Positions 43,312 through 53,080 of a stretch of 56,945 nucleotides of DNA are shown here, piece after piece. The notes below the pieces were generated by a model. That model saw nothing but the letters and a program-made list of their open reading frames with translations, searched no databases and had not been told where the DNA came from. Within the stretch, counting starts at the first letter, position 1. Every line of letters starts with the position of its first letter. The DNA comes from Nitrososphaeria archaeon (GTDB lineage: Archaea; Thermoproteota; Nitrososphaeria; JACIWG01). The stretch spans positions 1 through 56,945 of the forward strand of contig JARVJS010000014.1 of assembly GCA_029776125.1 (NCBI GenBank), given 5' to 3'. The position numbers and the translations under genes are program-made.

Positions 43312-44452
43312 AAGATATTATTATGAAAACATAAATAAAATTTGCGCCCCTCAAAGGTTACCTGAAAGGGAAATTGGTTATTTAACATTTTATCCTGAAA
43401 AAATGATTCGGCATGTCACATTAAAAAATGAGGGTGAACTAAAGGCATTGCTTGTGCATGAGGCTCCAAAATCGGTTTACTATTCAACCGCATACTATGA
43501 TGATCCTTCAGCGCCTATTAATTCACGCTTATGGAAAGGTGCTGATCTTGTTTTTGATATAGACTTAGATCACATGCCATTTAAAGAAAATCACATGACT
43601 TTTATTTACATATGTAATAGTTGTAACTCATTCTTTGCCGATTTAAATAATAAAAGATGTTCCTTATGTGGCTCAGAAAAGATTACTACAGCAAATATTC
43701 CGACAAAAGAAGGCCTAGAATACGGAAAAGATGAGATAATTAGATTAATTGATATTCTTACAGAGGATTTTGGAATTGGTAAAGATAAAATAAAAATATA
43801 TTTTTCAGGAAAAAGAGGTTATCATTTAACTGTAGAAAACTCACTTTATGAAGATGTTGACCAAAATTTTCGTTTAGAACTTTCAGACTACTTGACTTTA
43901 AATGGGTTTAAGCTATTAAACACTATACTAAATCGGAATGTACCTATTAACGACCTCCATCAAATTTTCCCTCTCCCTCATGAAAAAGGTTGGATGGGCC
44001 GCCTCTCTAAATCATTTTTTGAAGATATAATAGGTATCAAATTAGAAAATTGGGACGAAACCTATCTTAGATCTCTATTACAAAAGTATTTTTCAACAAT
44101 AACATATAAGGATTTGCAATTATCATTAGAAAAGGTAATTGATAAAATTAAAATAAGGATAGATACAAATGTGACTACAGACATACATCGAATATTTAGA
44201 ATGCCTGAAACATTACACGGTGAAACTGGTCTTCTTAAAAAAAGAATTACTAACATTGACACTTTTCATCCATTAGTTGATGCAATCGCTTTTTCCCAAG
44301 AGCCGATCAAAGTTTATGTAGATTACGCTCCAAGGTTTGAATTAAATGAACAAATATTTGGTCCATATAAAAAAGAAGAAGTTATTCTTCCCGAGATGGC
44401 AGCAGTTTTTCTAATATGTATGGGGCTAGCTAAACCTTTAGAGTTTCCTTAA
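43262..44452 (+). CDS. priS: DNA primase small catalytic subunit PriS
   Basis: 396 aa. Catalytic DLVFDIDLDH, zinc knuckle CNSCNS...CSLCGS, and later SGKRGYHL and RIFRMPETLHGETG blocks. The start is uncertain (GTG 43262 or TTG 43271), and the gene overlaps the priL end. Confidence 0.85.
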   Translation: MIRRLIEKDDFLKKAFRRYYYENINKICAPQRLPEREIGYLTFYPEKMIRHVTLKNEGELKALLVHEAPKSVYYSTAYYDDPSAPINSRLWKGADLVFDIDLDHMPFKENHMTFIYICNSCNSFFADLNNKRCSLCGSEKITTANIPTKEGLEYGKDEIIRLIDILTEDFGIGKDKIKIYFSGKRGYHLTVENSLYEDVDQNFRLELSDYLTLNGFKLLNTILNRNVPINDLHQIFPLPHEKGWMGRLSKSFFEDIIGIKLENWDETYLRSLLQKYFSTITYKDLQLSLEKVIDKIKIRIDTNVTTDIHRIFRMPETLHGETGLLKKRITNIDTFHPLVDAIAFSQEPIKVYVDYAPRFELNEQIFGPYKKEEVILPEMAAVFLICMGLAKPLEFP

Positions 44453-44510
44453 GTTACAATATCATAATAAATATTTTAAGTAGACGGTAGAGTGTACAAA
44501 ATGATGGGCA

Positions 44511-45083
44511 ATGTCTCTAACATTAGATATCAATAGATTATATGACTTACTCATAAATGAAATATTGAACGATGATCTTACAAAACTAGATGAAGATTTC
44601 TTTGAAAATATAGTGTTATATTTTAAACAAAACAAAAACAATAATTCTTCTACAACAATAAACTCAGTTTTAAATTATGAAGAAAAAACAATTATATTGT
44701 CCCTAATCAAAAAACTATTAGAAATAAGATCAAGAAAAATCTTTTTAGACTCCTCCAAAAAATTAACCTTTTCCAACCTTACTTTGGAAGAACGCTTTTT
44801 GTATGATCAAATCATAAAATTCAAACAGAATGCAGAAAATTTTCTAAAGGATATAGAAATGGGTCATGTTAATAAGTTAGAGGAAATAAAAAAGAAAGTT
44901 ATTAAAAAAACTGTGCTTGTTAGAATACATTCAGATATTCCTCCATTTGTTGGTGTTGATCTAAAAAAATATGGTCCACTTGAACCTGAGGATGTTACAA
45001 TTTTGCCAAATGGTAATATCGAACCATTTTTAAATAAGTTATCTCTTAGCGGAGGATGGGCGGAGCACCTTGAAAATTCCTAA
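44511..45083 (+). CDS. GINS-family subunit (Gins51/15-like)
   Basis: 190 aa, helical N-terminal domain (LYDLLINEILNDDLTKLDEDFFENIVLYF ... IRSRKIF) plus a small C-terminal beta domain. Its position immediately after priS matches the priS-gins15 linkage known from Sulfolobus. No strict motif was found, so confidence is moderate. Confidence 0.5.
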   Translation: MSLTLDINRLYDLLINEILNDDLTKLDEDFFENIVLYFKQNKNNNSSTTINSVLNYEEKTIILSLIKKLLEIRSRKIFLDSSKKLTFSNLTLEERFLYDQIIKFKQNAENFLKDIEMGHVNKLEEIKKKVIKKTVLVRIHSDIPPFVGVDLKKYGPLEPEDVTILPNGNIEPFLNKLSLSGGWAEHLENS

Positions 45084-45351
45084 AGAAATTAAAACGTATT
45101 GTTCAAAATGTAAAGCACATACTATACACTCTGTTGCAATTTATAAAAAAGGAAGAGAAAGACGTTCATCAGCAGGCGCACGTCATCATGAGCGAGATAA
45201 AAAAGGATATGGTGGTCAGAAGTTCCCGGAGTTGGTACGTACTGCAAAAACAACAAAAAAAGTTACGCTAAAATTAAAATGTAAGCAATGCAATTTCGTA
45301 CATCATCGTGAAGGTGTACGATTAAGAAAGGCTGAAATAGTTGAAAGGTGA
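45070..45351 (+). CDS. rpl44e: Ribosomal protein L44e (eL42)
   Basis: 93 aa, TTG start. MKIPKEIKTYCSKCKAHTIHSV...KKGYGGQKFP...LKCKQCN is the classic L44e pattern. Confidence 0.9.
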   Translation: MKIPKEIKTYCSKCKAHTIHSVAIYKKGRERRSSAGARHHERDKKGYGGQKFPELVRTAKTTKKVTLKLKCKQCNFVHHREGVRLRKAEIVER

Positions 45352-45360
45352 TATAATAAG

Positions 45361-45567
45361 TTGGTTAAAAAAGAGAAAGTATTATTACCAAAGCCCAAAA
45401 GTGCTTTTTATCTAGTTGAATGTTCCAATTGTAAAGCACAAAAAATAATTTTCTCGCACTCTACAATTAATATTAAATGTCCTTCATGTAATTCAATTTT
45501 ATGTGAAAGTACAGGTGGTAAGGCTATAATAAAAGGTAATATAATAAAACGATTGGATCAAGTTTAG
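45361..45567 (+). CDS. rps27e: Ribosomal protein S27e (eS27)
   Basis: 68 aa, TTG start. The zinc ribbon is CSNCKAQKIIFSHSTINIKCPSCNSILCESTGGKA. Confidence 0.9.
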   Translation: MVKKEKVLLPKPKSAFYLVECSNCKAQKIIFSHSTINIKCPSCNSILCESTGGKAIIKGNIIKRLDQV

Positions 45568-45582
45568 GTAAATTTTTATTAA

Positions 45583-46359
45583 ATGATAATATTAAAGATA
45601 AAGGCGATCGATATGTTCTTAGCAAGAAGTGAAAGTCCAGAAGAATGGAAAGCCGTGTCCACAGCTATTTCTACATTGGTTGAAGAAGCTACTTTTGAAG
45701 CTACCCCCCAAGGAATAAATTTTCGAGGAATGGACCCCTCACACATTGCCCTTATTGATCTGAATTGGCCTAACACCGCATTTGAAAGGTATGAATGTTC
45801 AGAACCAATAAAGATAGGAGTGAAAATTGAGGATTTAGTTAAATTCATTAAAAGAGCTTCCTCAAAGGATAAGGTTGAGCTTGAAATAAAAGAAAATACA
45901 CTCTTAATCAAGCTATTTAATTCTTACAAAAGAGAGTATCTTCTACATTTAATTGAGCCCTATAGTACATCAACACCATTACCAAAGGTACCATTGAATT
46001 CAAAGATTGTAATAAAAACCAAATCACTAGAAAAATTATTAGATGATATCCAAGTGGTTTCAGAAACTGTTACTTTGACTACAACTAAAGATCAACTTTT
46101 ATTAGAAGGACAAGGTGATGCAGGTGTTGCAAAAGTTATTGTTGATAAAACAAATGAAGATTTAATCTCTATCGACATCAAAGAGGAAAGTTCATCTACT
46201 TACAGTTTATCGCATTTAATCGATGTAATCAGTGCCCTTTCTTCGGTTTCAGAAAATGTTACACTGGAATATTCATCCAAAATGCCCATAAAATTAAATT
46301 TTAAAATTGGCCCTTATGGAATAGATTTTAATTATTACCTTGCGCCTAGAATTGAATAA
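45583..46359 (+). CDS. pcn: PCNA sliding clamp
   Basis: FEATPQGINFRGMDPSHIALIDLNWPNTAFERYEC...IGVKIEDLVKFIKRA is a typical PCNA N-domain pattern. The true start may be the ATG at 45613 (MFLARSES), giving about 248 aa. Confidence 0.85.
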   Translation: MIILKIKAIDMFLARSESPEEWKAVSTAISTLVEEATFEATPQGINFRGMDPSHIALIDLNWPNTAFERYECSEPIKIGVKIEDLVKFIKRASSKDKVELEIKENTLLIKLFNSYKREYLLHLIEPYSTSTPLPKVPLNSKIVIKTKSLEKLLDDIQVVSETVTLTTTKDQLLLEGQGDAGVAKVIVDKTNEDLISIDIKEESSSTYSLSHLIDVISALSSVSENVTLEYSSKMPIKLNFKIGPYGIDFNYYLAPRIE

Positions 46360-46433
46360 TTTGTTTCATAAAACTGCAGTATAACTAATTAGAAAAGTTA
46401 TAACTCTCTATTATTTACCCTTTATGATTAATT

Positions 46434-47219
46434 ATGCCAAAGAAGGAATTTCAATTGCCAGAAGAAGGTGAAGTTGTCTTAGCGACAGTTACAGAAATAA
46501 CCCCTTATGGTGCTTATGTTACATTGGATGAATATGGGGGTATGCATGGTTTTCTCCATATATCTGAAGTATCATCAGGGTGGGTTAAGCATATCGATAA
46601 ATATATCAAAGAAAACCAAAAAGTTGTTCTTAAAGTTATAAGAGTTGATAAAATTAGAAAAGAAGTTGATCTCTCTCTGCGTCAAGTAACAGAAGAAGAG
46701 AAAAGAAATAAATTAATTTTAATAAAGAAGGAAGAAAAAAGCAAAAGTGTTCTAAAGAAGGTTGCTCTGGACCTCCAAGTTCCAGATACTGTATTACAAA
46801 ACTACATTGAAAAAATTTTAGAAGAATATACCTCCCTATATTCTATGATTGATTCTCTATTGCAAAAAGGTCCTTCTGTTCTAACAAAACTTTCTCTGCC
46901 AGAAGATTTTTCCCAAAAAATATACGAGGTTGCAAAAGAAAAACTTTCTCCCCCTCCTGTAGTTATAAACGAAATATTACAAATCACTTCATCTGCTCCT
47001 AACGGCTTAGAAGTTATCAAACAGGTTTTAAATGCAGCCAGTAAATTAAATGACGAAAATATTATGATTTCAATTAAGTATGTTGGTGCCCCAAATTATC
47101 GTTTATCCTTATCTGCTCCAAATTATAAGATTGCAGAACAATTCTTAAAGCAGGTCAACGAAATTCTTCAAAAGGAAGCAAGAAAGAATAAATGCGAACT
47201 TTCGATAAAAAGAATTTGA
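46434..47219 (+). CDS. eif2a: Translation initiation factor aIF2 alpha subunit
   Basis: 261 aa. N-terminal S1 domain PEEGEVVLATVTEITPYGAYVTLDEYGGMHGFLHISEVSSGWVKHI. The conserved linkage with nop10 downstream is present. Confidence 0.9.
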   Translation: MPKKEFQLPEEGEVVLATVTEITPYGAYVTLDEYGGMHGFLHISEVSSGWVKHIDKYIKENQKVVLKVIRVDKIRKEVDLSLRQVTEEEKRNKLILIKKEEKSKSVLKKVALDLQVPDTVLQNYIEKILEEYTSLYSMIDSLLQKGPSVLTKLSLPEDFSQKIYEVAKEKLSPPPVVINEILQITSSAPNGLEVIKQVLNAASKLNDENIMISIKYVGAPNYRLSLSAPNYKIAEQFLKQVNEILQKEARKNKCELSIKRI

Positions 47220-47229
47220 GTGGTCAAAA

Positions 47230-47379
47230 ATGAGACAATTGCTAAAAAAGTGTCCTAAATGCTTGTTATATACTTTAAGAGAAGCATGTCCAAATTGTGG
47301 TTCTCCAACAATTTCCCCACATCCACCTAAATTCTCTCCAGATGACAAGTATGCTTATTTGAAAAGTAACATAATATAA
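47230..47379 (+). CDS. nop10: H/ACA RNP protein Nop10
   Basis: Below the ORF-track cutoff. Hand translation gives MRQLLKKCPKCLLYTLREACPNCGSPTISPHPPKFSPDDKYAYLKSNII (49 aa). It has a CPKC...CPNCG zinc ribbon plus the PHPPKFSPDDKY motif. Confidence 0.85.
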   Translation: MRQLLKKCPKCLLYTLREACPNCGSPTISPHPPKFSPDDKYAYLKSNII

Positions 47380-47394
47380 AGAATTAGGTGTACT

Positions 47395-49482
47395 TTAAAG
47401 CTTGGCCTTATAAATTAGCACTTGTAAATAAGACGTGAAAGGCGATTTATATACTAATTCAAAGTAAGGATTATTCGTTTCTCCGATTTTTTGATAGTAA
47501 TAATAAACCGTAATAATTTGATTACCGTATTGTGCCTGGGTCGGTGTCCAAGGAAGCATTTTTCCTAAAAGTGTATTTTCCCAAAAGTATTCAGTGGGCT
47601 GGTTTTTACTTTCATTATAATATTTCGTTTCATCTAATCTAGCAATTTTTGCCATCCAAGGGAATTTACTCTCATCTCCCCCACCTCCTATCCAGTATAC
47701 TCCTTGTTGAATTTGCTGTCCGACAGTAAATACAACCACATATACATTTTTTCTTCCAGGTACAAGTTCCTTTATTATTTTTATTGCCTCCTCTTCATTT
47801 GATAAGAACATTTTACCTACTAATGCAATTTTTGTTGTATTTAATGTTGCATTATCAACTAATGTTGTTCTATTACCAATTACCCTTATCCAGTATCCAT
47901 AATCCCACCAAGAAATAATAACAGAATCCTCAGGCGTTTGTTCTCGAATGTAAGATAAGGCGTCAATCCAATCGTTACTAACAATCTTAAAAGCGGTTGA
48001 ACCATTAAGAAGTGAAACAGGTTGATCTGCGTAGCGTATCCAAATGCTACAATTAAATAACATTATAATTAAAATAAATGCAATAAATATTAACTTGAAA
48101 TTCGTGTTTGTAATCTCTAATCCTTTTCTTTTGAAAGTAAATTTAGATGGTTGAGCAAATAAAGTTCTTATAATAGCCAATATTCCAATACCACCTAAAA
48201 TTGTTAAGCTAAATGTTAAGTAAATCATTAATCTTCCAAATGAGGCTGCAAAATATAAGGCAGTAACAGTAAAAATTATCGCCGAAAATCTTCTAAAATC
48301 AACATTTTTAATTATATAATATATACTAAATCCTCCAAAAAATATCATAATAGAGAAAAAGGTGAAATATTCAACAGCTGTTGAAGACGCATGTTCCGCA
48401 ACAGATTCAACAATGGGCTCTTGGGATAACTCAAAAGGAAAAATAACAGAAAGATACCTTTGTGTTAGTTTTCCTACTGCACCAAAGCTAACTAAAGTTA
48501 ACCCTATCATAACGGCAGTTAAAATAGAGTAAACCTTATCTTTAAATCCAATTGCTGTACCTTTTTCCTTAAATATTAAAAGAAAACAACTTGCAATACC
48601 AATGTATATAACAAGATTTGCTGGGTTAATTATAACCATATATCCTGGTTTCTTAAACATCATGCTAACAAGCAAATTAAATCCAGTTAAGACTAGAATA
48701 TGTTCAAAAAATGACTTATATGACTTAATAAAAAACAGTGCTACCAATACTAATATACCTAAGGTCCCAACAAAATACATTGCCCCTCCCCAAATAGTCA
48801 TTGAAAGACCTAAGAAGATGCCAGCAATTGAAGCCGCACTTAAACTTTTAATTGAAACTTTTTCTTTTTCAATTATTTCTAAAAATAGTATAAAAGTCAA
48901 TATTCCGAATAAATAGGCTAAGGGTTCAGTATCCCACCATCCAAAAGAATCACGCGATATTAAAGGAGGTGACAAAGTAGAAAGTAAGCCTGCAAAAATA
49001 CCAACTCCCTCTCCACCAATTTTCTTTCCTAATAAATAAATTGCTAATGATATAAATCCTCCTATTGCTACTGGAAGTAGGACTAGAAAATCGTATAGAG
49101 TAATATTTATTTGAAGTATGTTCCGGAAAAATAAGTATAGAAAAGCACCTAAATAATGTAGTCCACTAAATGAAGTTGAGGCTACATCTCTTCCTTCAGG
49201 ATACCAGGCCATTTTATCTATCCAATTAAAGTAATCAAGTATTCCTGCAAATCCTTTTTGGTCAAAACTCTTTACAATGTAATTAGTGGAAATGTATTGA
49301 AAATAAGGGTCAAATTCATTAATGTAAAATCCATACTGCGCTGACAGTAATCTAACACCAATAGCTAAAACAAAAATTGTTGTAAGCGCATAGATAAGTA
49401 AAACTTTCTCCCTCTTTATATATGGTCTCGATAATTTTCTTTTCAATGCAAATAATTTTATTATGTTGCTCATGTACTCCAC
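47395..49482 (-). CDS. aglB: Oligosaccharyltransferase AglB (STT3 family)
   Basis: 695 aa. Polytopic N-terminal region and a soluble C-terminal domain with the catalytic WWDYGYW motif. Confidence 0.9.
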   Translation of the reverse strand: MEYMSNIIKLFALKRKLSRPYIKREKVLLIYALTTIFVLAIGVRLLSAQYGFYINEFDPYFQYISTNYIVKSFDQKGFAGILDYFNWIDKMAWYPEGRDVASTSFSGLHYLGAFLYLFFRNILQINITLYDFLVLLPVAIGGFISLAIYLLGKKIGGEGVGIFAGLLSTLSPPLISRDSFGWWDTEPLAYLFGILTFILFLEIIEKEKVSIKSLSAASIAGIFLGLSMTIWGGAMYFVGTLGILVLVALFFIKSYKSFFEHILVLTGFNLLVSMMFKKPGYMVIINPANLVIYIGIASCFLLIFKEKGTAIGFKDKVYSILTAVMIGLTLVSFGAVGKLTQRYLSVIFPFELSQEPIVESVAEHASSTAVEYFTFFSIMIFFGGFSIYYIIKNVDFRRFSAIIFTVTALYFAASFGRLMIYLTFSLTILGGIGILAIIRTLFAQPSKFTFKRKGLEITNTNFKLIFIAFILIIMLFNCSIWIRYADQPVSLLNGSTAFKIVSNDWIDALSYIREQTPEDSVIISWWDYGYWIRVIGNRTTLVDNATLNTTKIALVGKMFLSNEEEAIKIIKELVPGRKNVYVVVFTVGQQIQQGVYWIGGGGDESKFPWMAKIARLDETKYYNESKNQPTEYFWENTLLGKMLPWTPTQAQYGNQIITVYYYYQKIGETNNPYFELVYKSPFTSYLQVLIYKAKL

Positions 49483-49620
49483 CCTATAACAAAAATTATT
49501 ATAAAGTTAAAGTTTTTGCACTGCAAAAATAAAAATGTTGTCTAGAAAGACTATTCCTATTTTTCCATAACTTCCATAAGTTTTAAATCCCTCATTTAAA
49601 CCCTATATTATCGAGTCAAG

Positions 49621-50229
49621 TTGCTAATTGCTATAGATGGAATCGATCAATCAGGTAAAAAAACACAAACCGACTTATTGCTAAAAAGACTATCAGAGTT
49701 GAACTATAAAGTAATAAAATTTTCATTTCCAAACTATGAGACACCTATAGGCCAATTAATAGAAAAAATTCTTTTAAACGAAATAATTGTTCCTTTAGAG
49801 GTAAAGCATATCCTTCTTTCAGCAAATCGTTGGGAATTAAAACCTAAAATTGAAGAATATATTAAAAAGAATTTCATCATCATATTTGATAGATATTACC
49901 AATCTAATCTTGCATATGGTGTCGCAAATGGTTTACCACTTGATTGGCTCATGAATCTTGATAAAAATCTGCCTGATTGCGATCTAACTATTATTTTAGA
50001 CATACCTCCAGAAATCTCGTTTAAACGAAAAGAATTAAATCGGGATGTTCATGAAAAGGATTTTAACTATTTAGTGCGTGTGCGTAAATGTTTCTTAGAA
50101 CTAGCGAATAAAAATTCATGGGTTGTTATAGATGGAAATAGGCCTATTTCTGAAGTCCATAATTCCATATGGTCTATTGTTTCAGAAAGATTAAAAGTAA
50201 AATATATCGGGACCAATATTAATAATTAG
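49621..50229 (+). CDS. tmk: Thymidylate kinase
   Basis: 202 aa. P-loop IAIDGIDQSGKKTQ and the DRY-type block FDRYYQSNLAYG. Confidence 0.85.
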   Translation: MLIAIDGIDQSGKKTQTDLLLKRLSELNYKVIKFSFPNYETPIGQLIEKILLNEIIVPLEVKHILLSANRWELKPKIEEYIKKNFIIIFDRYYQSNLAYGVANGLPLDWLMNLDKNLPDCDLTIILDIPPEISFKRKELNRDVHEKDFNYLVRVRKCFLELANKNSWVVIDGNRPISEVHNSIWSIVSERLKVKYIGTNINN

Positions 50230-51525
50230 GTGTATTTTCAATTGTTAGAAATAAAAGATCCTGTACATGGGTATATAAAGCTAACTGAATTGGAACAAAG
50301 GTTAATCGATACTCCTGAATTCCAAAGATTAAGAAGAATAAAGCAACTTTCAGGTGCTCATTATGCCTATCCTGGTGCAACTCATACACGTTTTTCACAT
50401 TCTTTGGGTGCCCTTTATTTAGCGGGCTATATTGGTGACATTTTTGTTTCAAAGAATTTTTTATCTAAAGACGATTTACAAAAATTAAGGATCGCCGCTT
50501 TACTACATGATATAGGTCACGGTCCATTTTCCCATCTTTTTGAAGAAGTAATTTTTTCAAAAAGAAATCTTACACATGAAGACTTAACCTTGAGGGTAAT
50601 CACAGAAACAAGGATAAAAGATATTATAGAGAGTTATGGCTTTTCTTCCAAAAATATAGCAAATCTGGCTATAGGCCAATCAAAAGAAGATCCTCTTTAT
50701 ATGAATGAAATAATAGGTGGCGGATTAAGTGTTGATGTCATAGATTATGTTCTTCGTGACGCATATTTTACAGGAGTTGAATACGGCCAAGTTGATGTTC
50801 ATCGTTTACTAAATTCTTTTGAAGTATATGAAAAAGAAAATCGGCTAGCACTTGATTATGCCGCTATATATTCGCTTGAAGCTCTATTTATTTCAAGATA
50901 TGAGATGTTTAAGGCAGTATATTTTCATAAAACAGTTCGTGCAGCGGAAATAATGCTCATTCAAGCCTTTATGCTAGCTGACGATGTACTTGATTTCTCA
51001 AATTTTAAAAACATACAATCCTTAATAGAATTAGATGACGAATCTATTATATCAAAAATAATGCATTCTCAAGAAGACTCTTTAAAAGAATCAAAAGCAA
51101 TAATAGAAGATGTCATAAACCGAAGATTAATCAAATGTGTGTATGAGAAAATTGTTCACAGAAAAGATCCATTCATTTATCAATTACTAACCCAGAAAGA
51201 TGTACGTGCTACATTAAAAAAAGCAATAAGTGCTCATGCACAAGTATCAGAAAAAACAATTTTTGTAGACGTCTCAACAGCTCCATCCTTGCCTGTTAAT
51301 TCAAAACGTGAAACATTAAATGAATTATGTGTTTTCACAAGATCTTCAAAGGGTCCAATATTCTGGTACATGCCTCTTAGCGAAAATGTAGTATTAAATG
51401 CAATTAGTGGGTATGTAGATATGATAAGAGTATACACCACTATAGAAAATCGCGAAAAAGTAGATAAAATAATAAGTTCAATTTTTAGTTCCTCACAAGA
51501 TTTTGTGTCAAAACTTTCACTTTAA
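50230..51525 (+). CDS. HD-domain phosphohydrolase (SAMHD1/dGTPase-like)
   Basis: 431 aa. THTRFSHSLGALYLAG, LLHDIGHGPFSH and DVIDYVLRDAYFTGV blocks are typical of this HD family. Confidence 0.7.
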   Translation: MYFQLLEIKDPVHGYIKLTELEQRLIDTPEFQRLRRIKQLSGAHYAYPGATHTRFSHSLGALYLAGYIGDIFVSKNFLSKDDLQKLRIAALLHDIGHGPFSHLFEEVIFSKRNLTHEDLTLRVITETRIKDIIESYGFSSKNIANLAIGQSKEDPLYMNEIIGGGLSVDVIDYVLRDAYFTGVEYGQVDVHRLLNSFEVYEKENRLALDYAAIYSLEALFISRYEMFKAVYFHKTVRAAEIMLIQAFMLADDVLDFSNFKNIQSLIELDDESIISKIMHSQEDSLKESKAIIEDVINRRLIKCVYEKIVHRKDPFIYQLLTQKDVRATLKKAISAHAQVSEKTIFVDVSTAPSLPVNSKRETLNELCVFTRSSKGPIFWYMPLSENVVLNAISGYVDMIRVYTTIENREKVDKIISSIFSSSQDFVSKLSL

Positions 51526-51929
51526 TCCTCTGTAATAATCACTCTATTTCCATCAACTTCACAATTTTTTATAATATCCACTTTTGGCAGCTTATTTATA
51601 TTTATATCGTCTATTAATGGAACATTTGAGATCGCACACCCAGTTACCAACATAGTATCTGCTTTTTCACACAAAATTGCTTTAGGACTTAGATGTTCTT
51701 TATATAATTTGTAAATTACAAATGCACCTACAGTACTTCCAATCGAAGTCGGTAAGTAAAATATTTTCCCAGTTAATTGTTCGCCATATAAATTACTATT
51801 AGGATCTATAATTTTTCCTGTAACTATATCAATTCCACCTAGAAAAGATAAGGGCTTTCTTGAGATTATTAATTCTCCAAAAACTTTTCCCTCAATTATA
51901 CTTCTCCCCTCTAATATGATTTTGTTCAT
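51522..51929 (-). CDS. Aconitase X swivel-domain protein (DUF126), small subunit of phosphomevalonate dehydratase
   Basis: 135 aa. SRKPLSFLGGIDIVTGKI...GKIFYLPTSIGSTVGAFVIYKL...PKAILCEKADTMLVTGCAISNVPLI matches the DUF126 pattern. It is adjacent to the DUF521 and UbiD genes. Confidence 0.65.
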   Translation of the reverse strand: MNKIILEGRSIIEGKVFGELIISRKPLSFLGGIDIVTGKIIDPNSNLYGEQLTGKIFYLPTSIGSTVGAFVIYKLYKEHLSPKAILCEKADTMLVTGCAISNVPLIDDININKLPKVDIIKNCEVDGNRVIITED

Positions 51930-51931
51930 CT

Positions 51932-53080
51932 TTATTCACTTTCTGTTTCAATTATACTATTCAATTCTCTTAAATTAACTTTAATGCCTCTGTATTTATA
52001 GTAGTGTGCTGCCTTAACCGAATTTGTAATAACTTTACTAACTCCAATTTCTTTTAGTAAAGGCGAAAATATTGGGCACGCTCCCTTAAAAAAGTATATT
52101 CTTTTTTTATTTAGTAATTTCCTATCATAAATCTTAATTGTGCTTTCGTACGCTTTTTTACAACAAGCTATTATGCAATCTTTTTTGAAGCACCTTCCAT
52201 ACATTTTTTCCAGAAGATTAATTATTTCTTTATGATTCCAGTGTGGGCATCCTAAAATAATAATTTCCCCATCTTCACTGGTATTCAATTCTAAATATTC
52301 TTTTTCTAAATCTTTTTTTAAAACTTCTTTACTAATACCTTTTCTATCACCAATCTTCAACATTGCAACATTTCCTATAGTTCCTAATGCTGCTGATAAT
52401 GCTTTTTTTTCAAGTGATGACAATCTTTTTCCTAGTTTTATATTAAATGGCCTTTCTGTTTCCTTCCCTATATGATAAACAATTAAGCCTAAAATTAATT
52501 CATTAATTTTGTTTTTGTATTTATAAGAATATGTACATTTCCTGTTTTCTTCTATATGCATACCTGAATAAATTGTTTCACCTAAAATTGCGCTTGCTAA
52601 AGCACTAAGTGCACTTTCTTTATTAGTATAAAGTTCAAGAAAAGAATTACCATATACTACTGCAGATGATTCTGCCCATGCTACATGGCTTCCTTTTTTT
52701 GGGACTAAGAAATAATCATAAGGTGTGCAGGTAAAAGATTCGATAGCACCCATCTTAAGATAAGCTTTTGCTATTTCCTCTTGCTTTTTTATAAACTGTT
52801 CATGCAAATTAAAAGTGTTATCATAAATATCTGCCCCCATTGGATTAACAGTTGTGTATACCGAAAATTTTCCTTTTTCTGCAATATCTTCTAAAAATAA
52901 TAAGCCGGCATCACCTATATTCTCATATGATACACCTGAAATATGTGCAGTTCTAATTCTTATTCTCATATCACTTTTATAAAATCTACTTAATGCTCTA
53001 ATAATTCTTTGAGCGGTATCATTTGCTTTATCTAATTTATTCATTAATCTGTGCCCGCTTAAAATTGCTTTTTTTAGCAT
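51932..53080 (-). CDS. Aconitase X catalytic-domain protein (DUF521), large subunit of phosphomevalonate dehydratase
   Basis: 382 aa. IIILGCPHWNHKEI and AHISGVSY blocks fit the DUF521 pattern. The start is probably the ATG at 53044. Confidence 0.7.
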   Translation of the reverse strand: MLKKAILSGHRLMNKLDKANDTAQRIIRALSRFYKSDMRIRIRTAHISGVSYENIGDAGLLFLEDIAEKGKFSVYTTVNPMGADIYDNTFNLHEQFIKKQEEIAKAYLKMGAIESFTCTPYDYFLVPKKGSHVAWAESSAVVYGNSFLELYTNKESALSALASAILGETIYSGMHIEENRKCTYSYKYKNKINELILGLIVYHIGKETERPFNIKLGKRLSSLEKKALSAALGTIGNVAMLKIGDRKGISKEVLKKDLEKEYLELNTSEDGEIIILGCPHWNHKEIINLLEKMYGRCFKKDCIIACCKKAYESTIKIYDRKLLNKKRIYFFKGACPIFSPLLKEIGVSKVITNSVKAAHYYKYRGIKVNLRELNSIIETESE

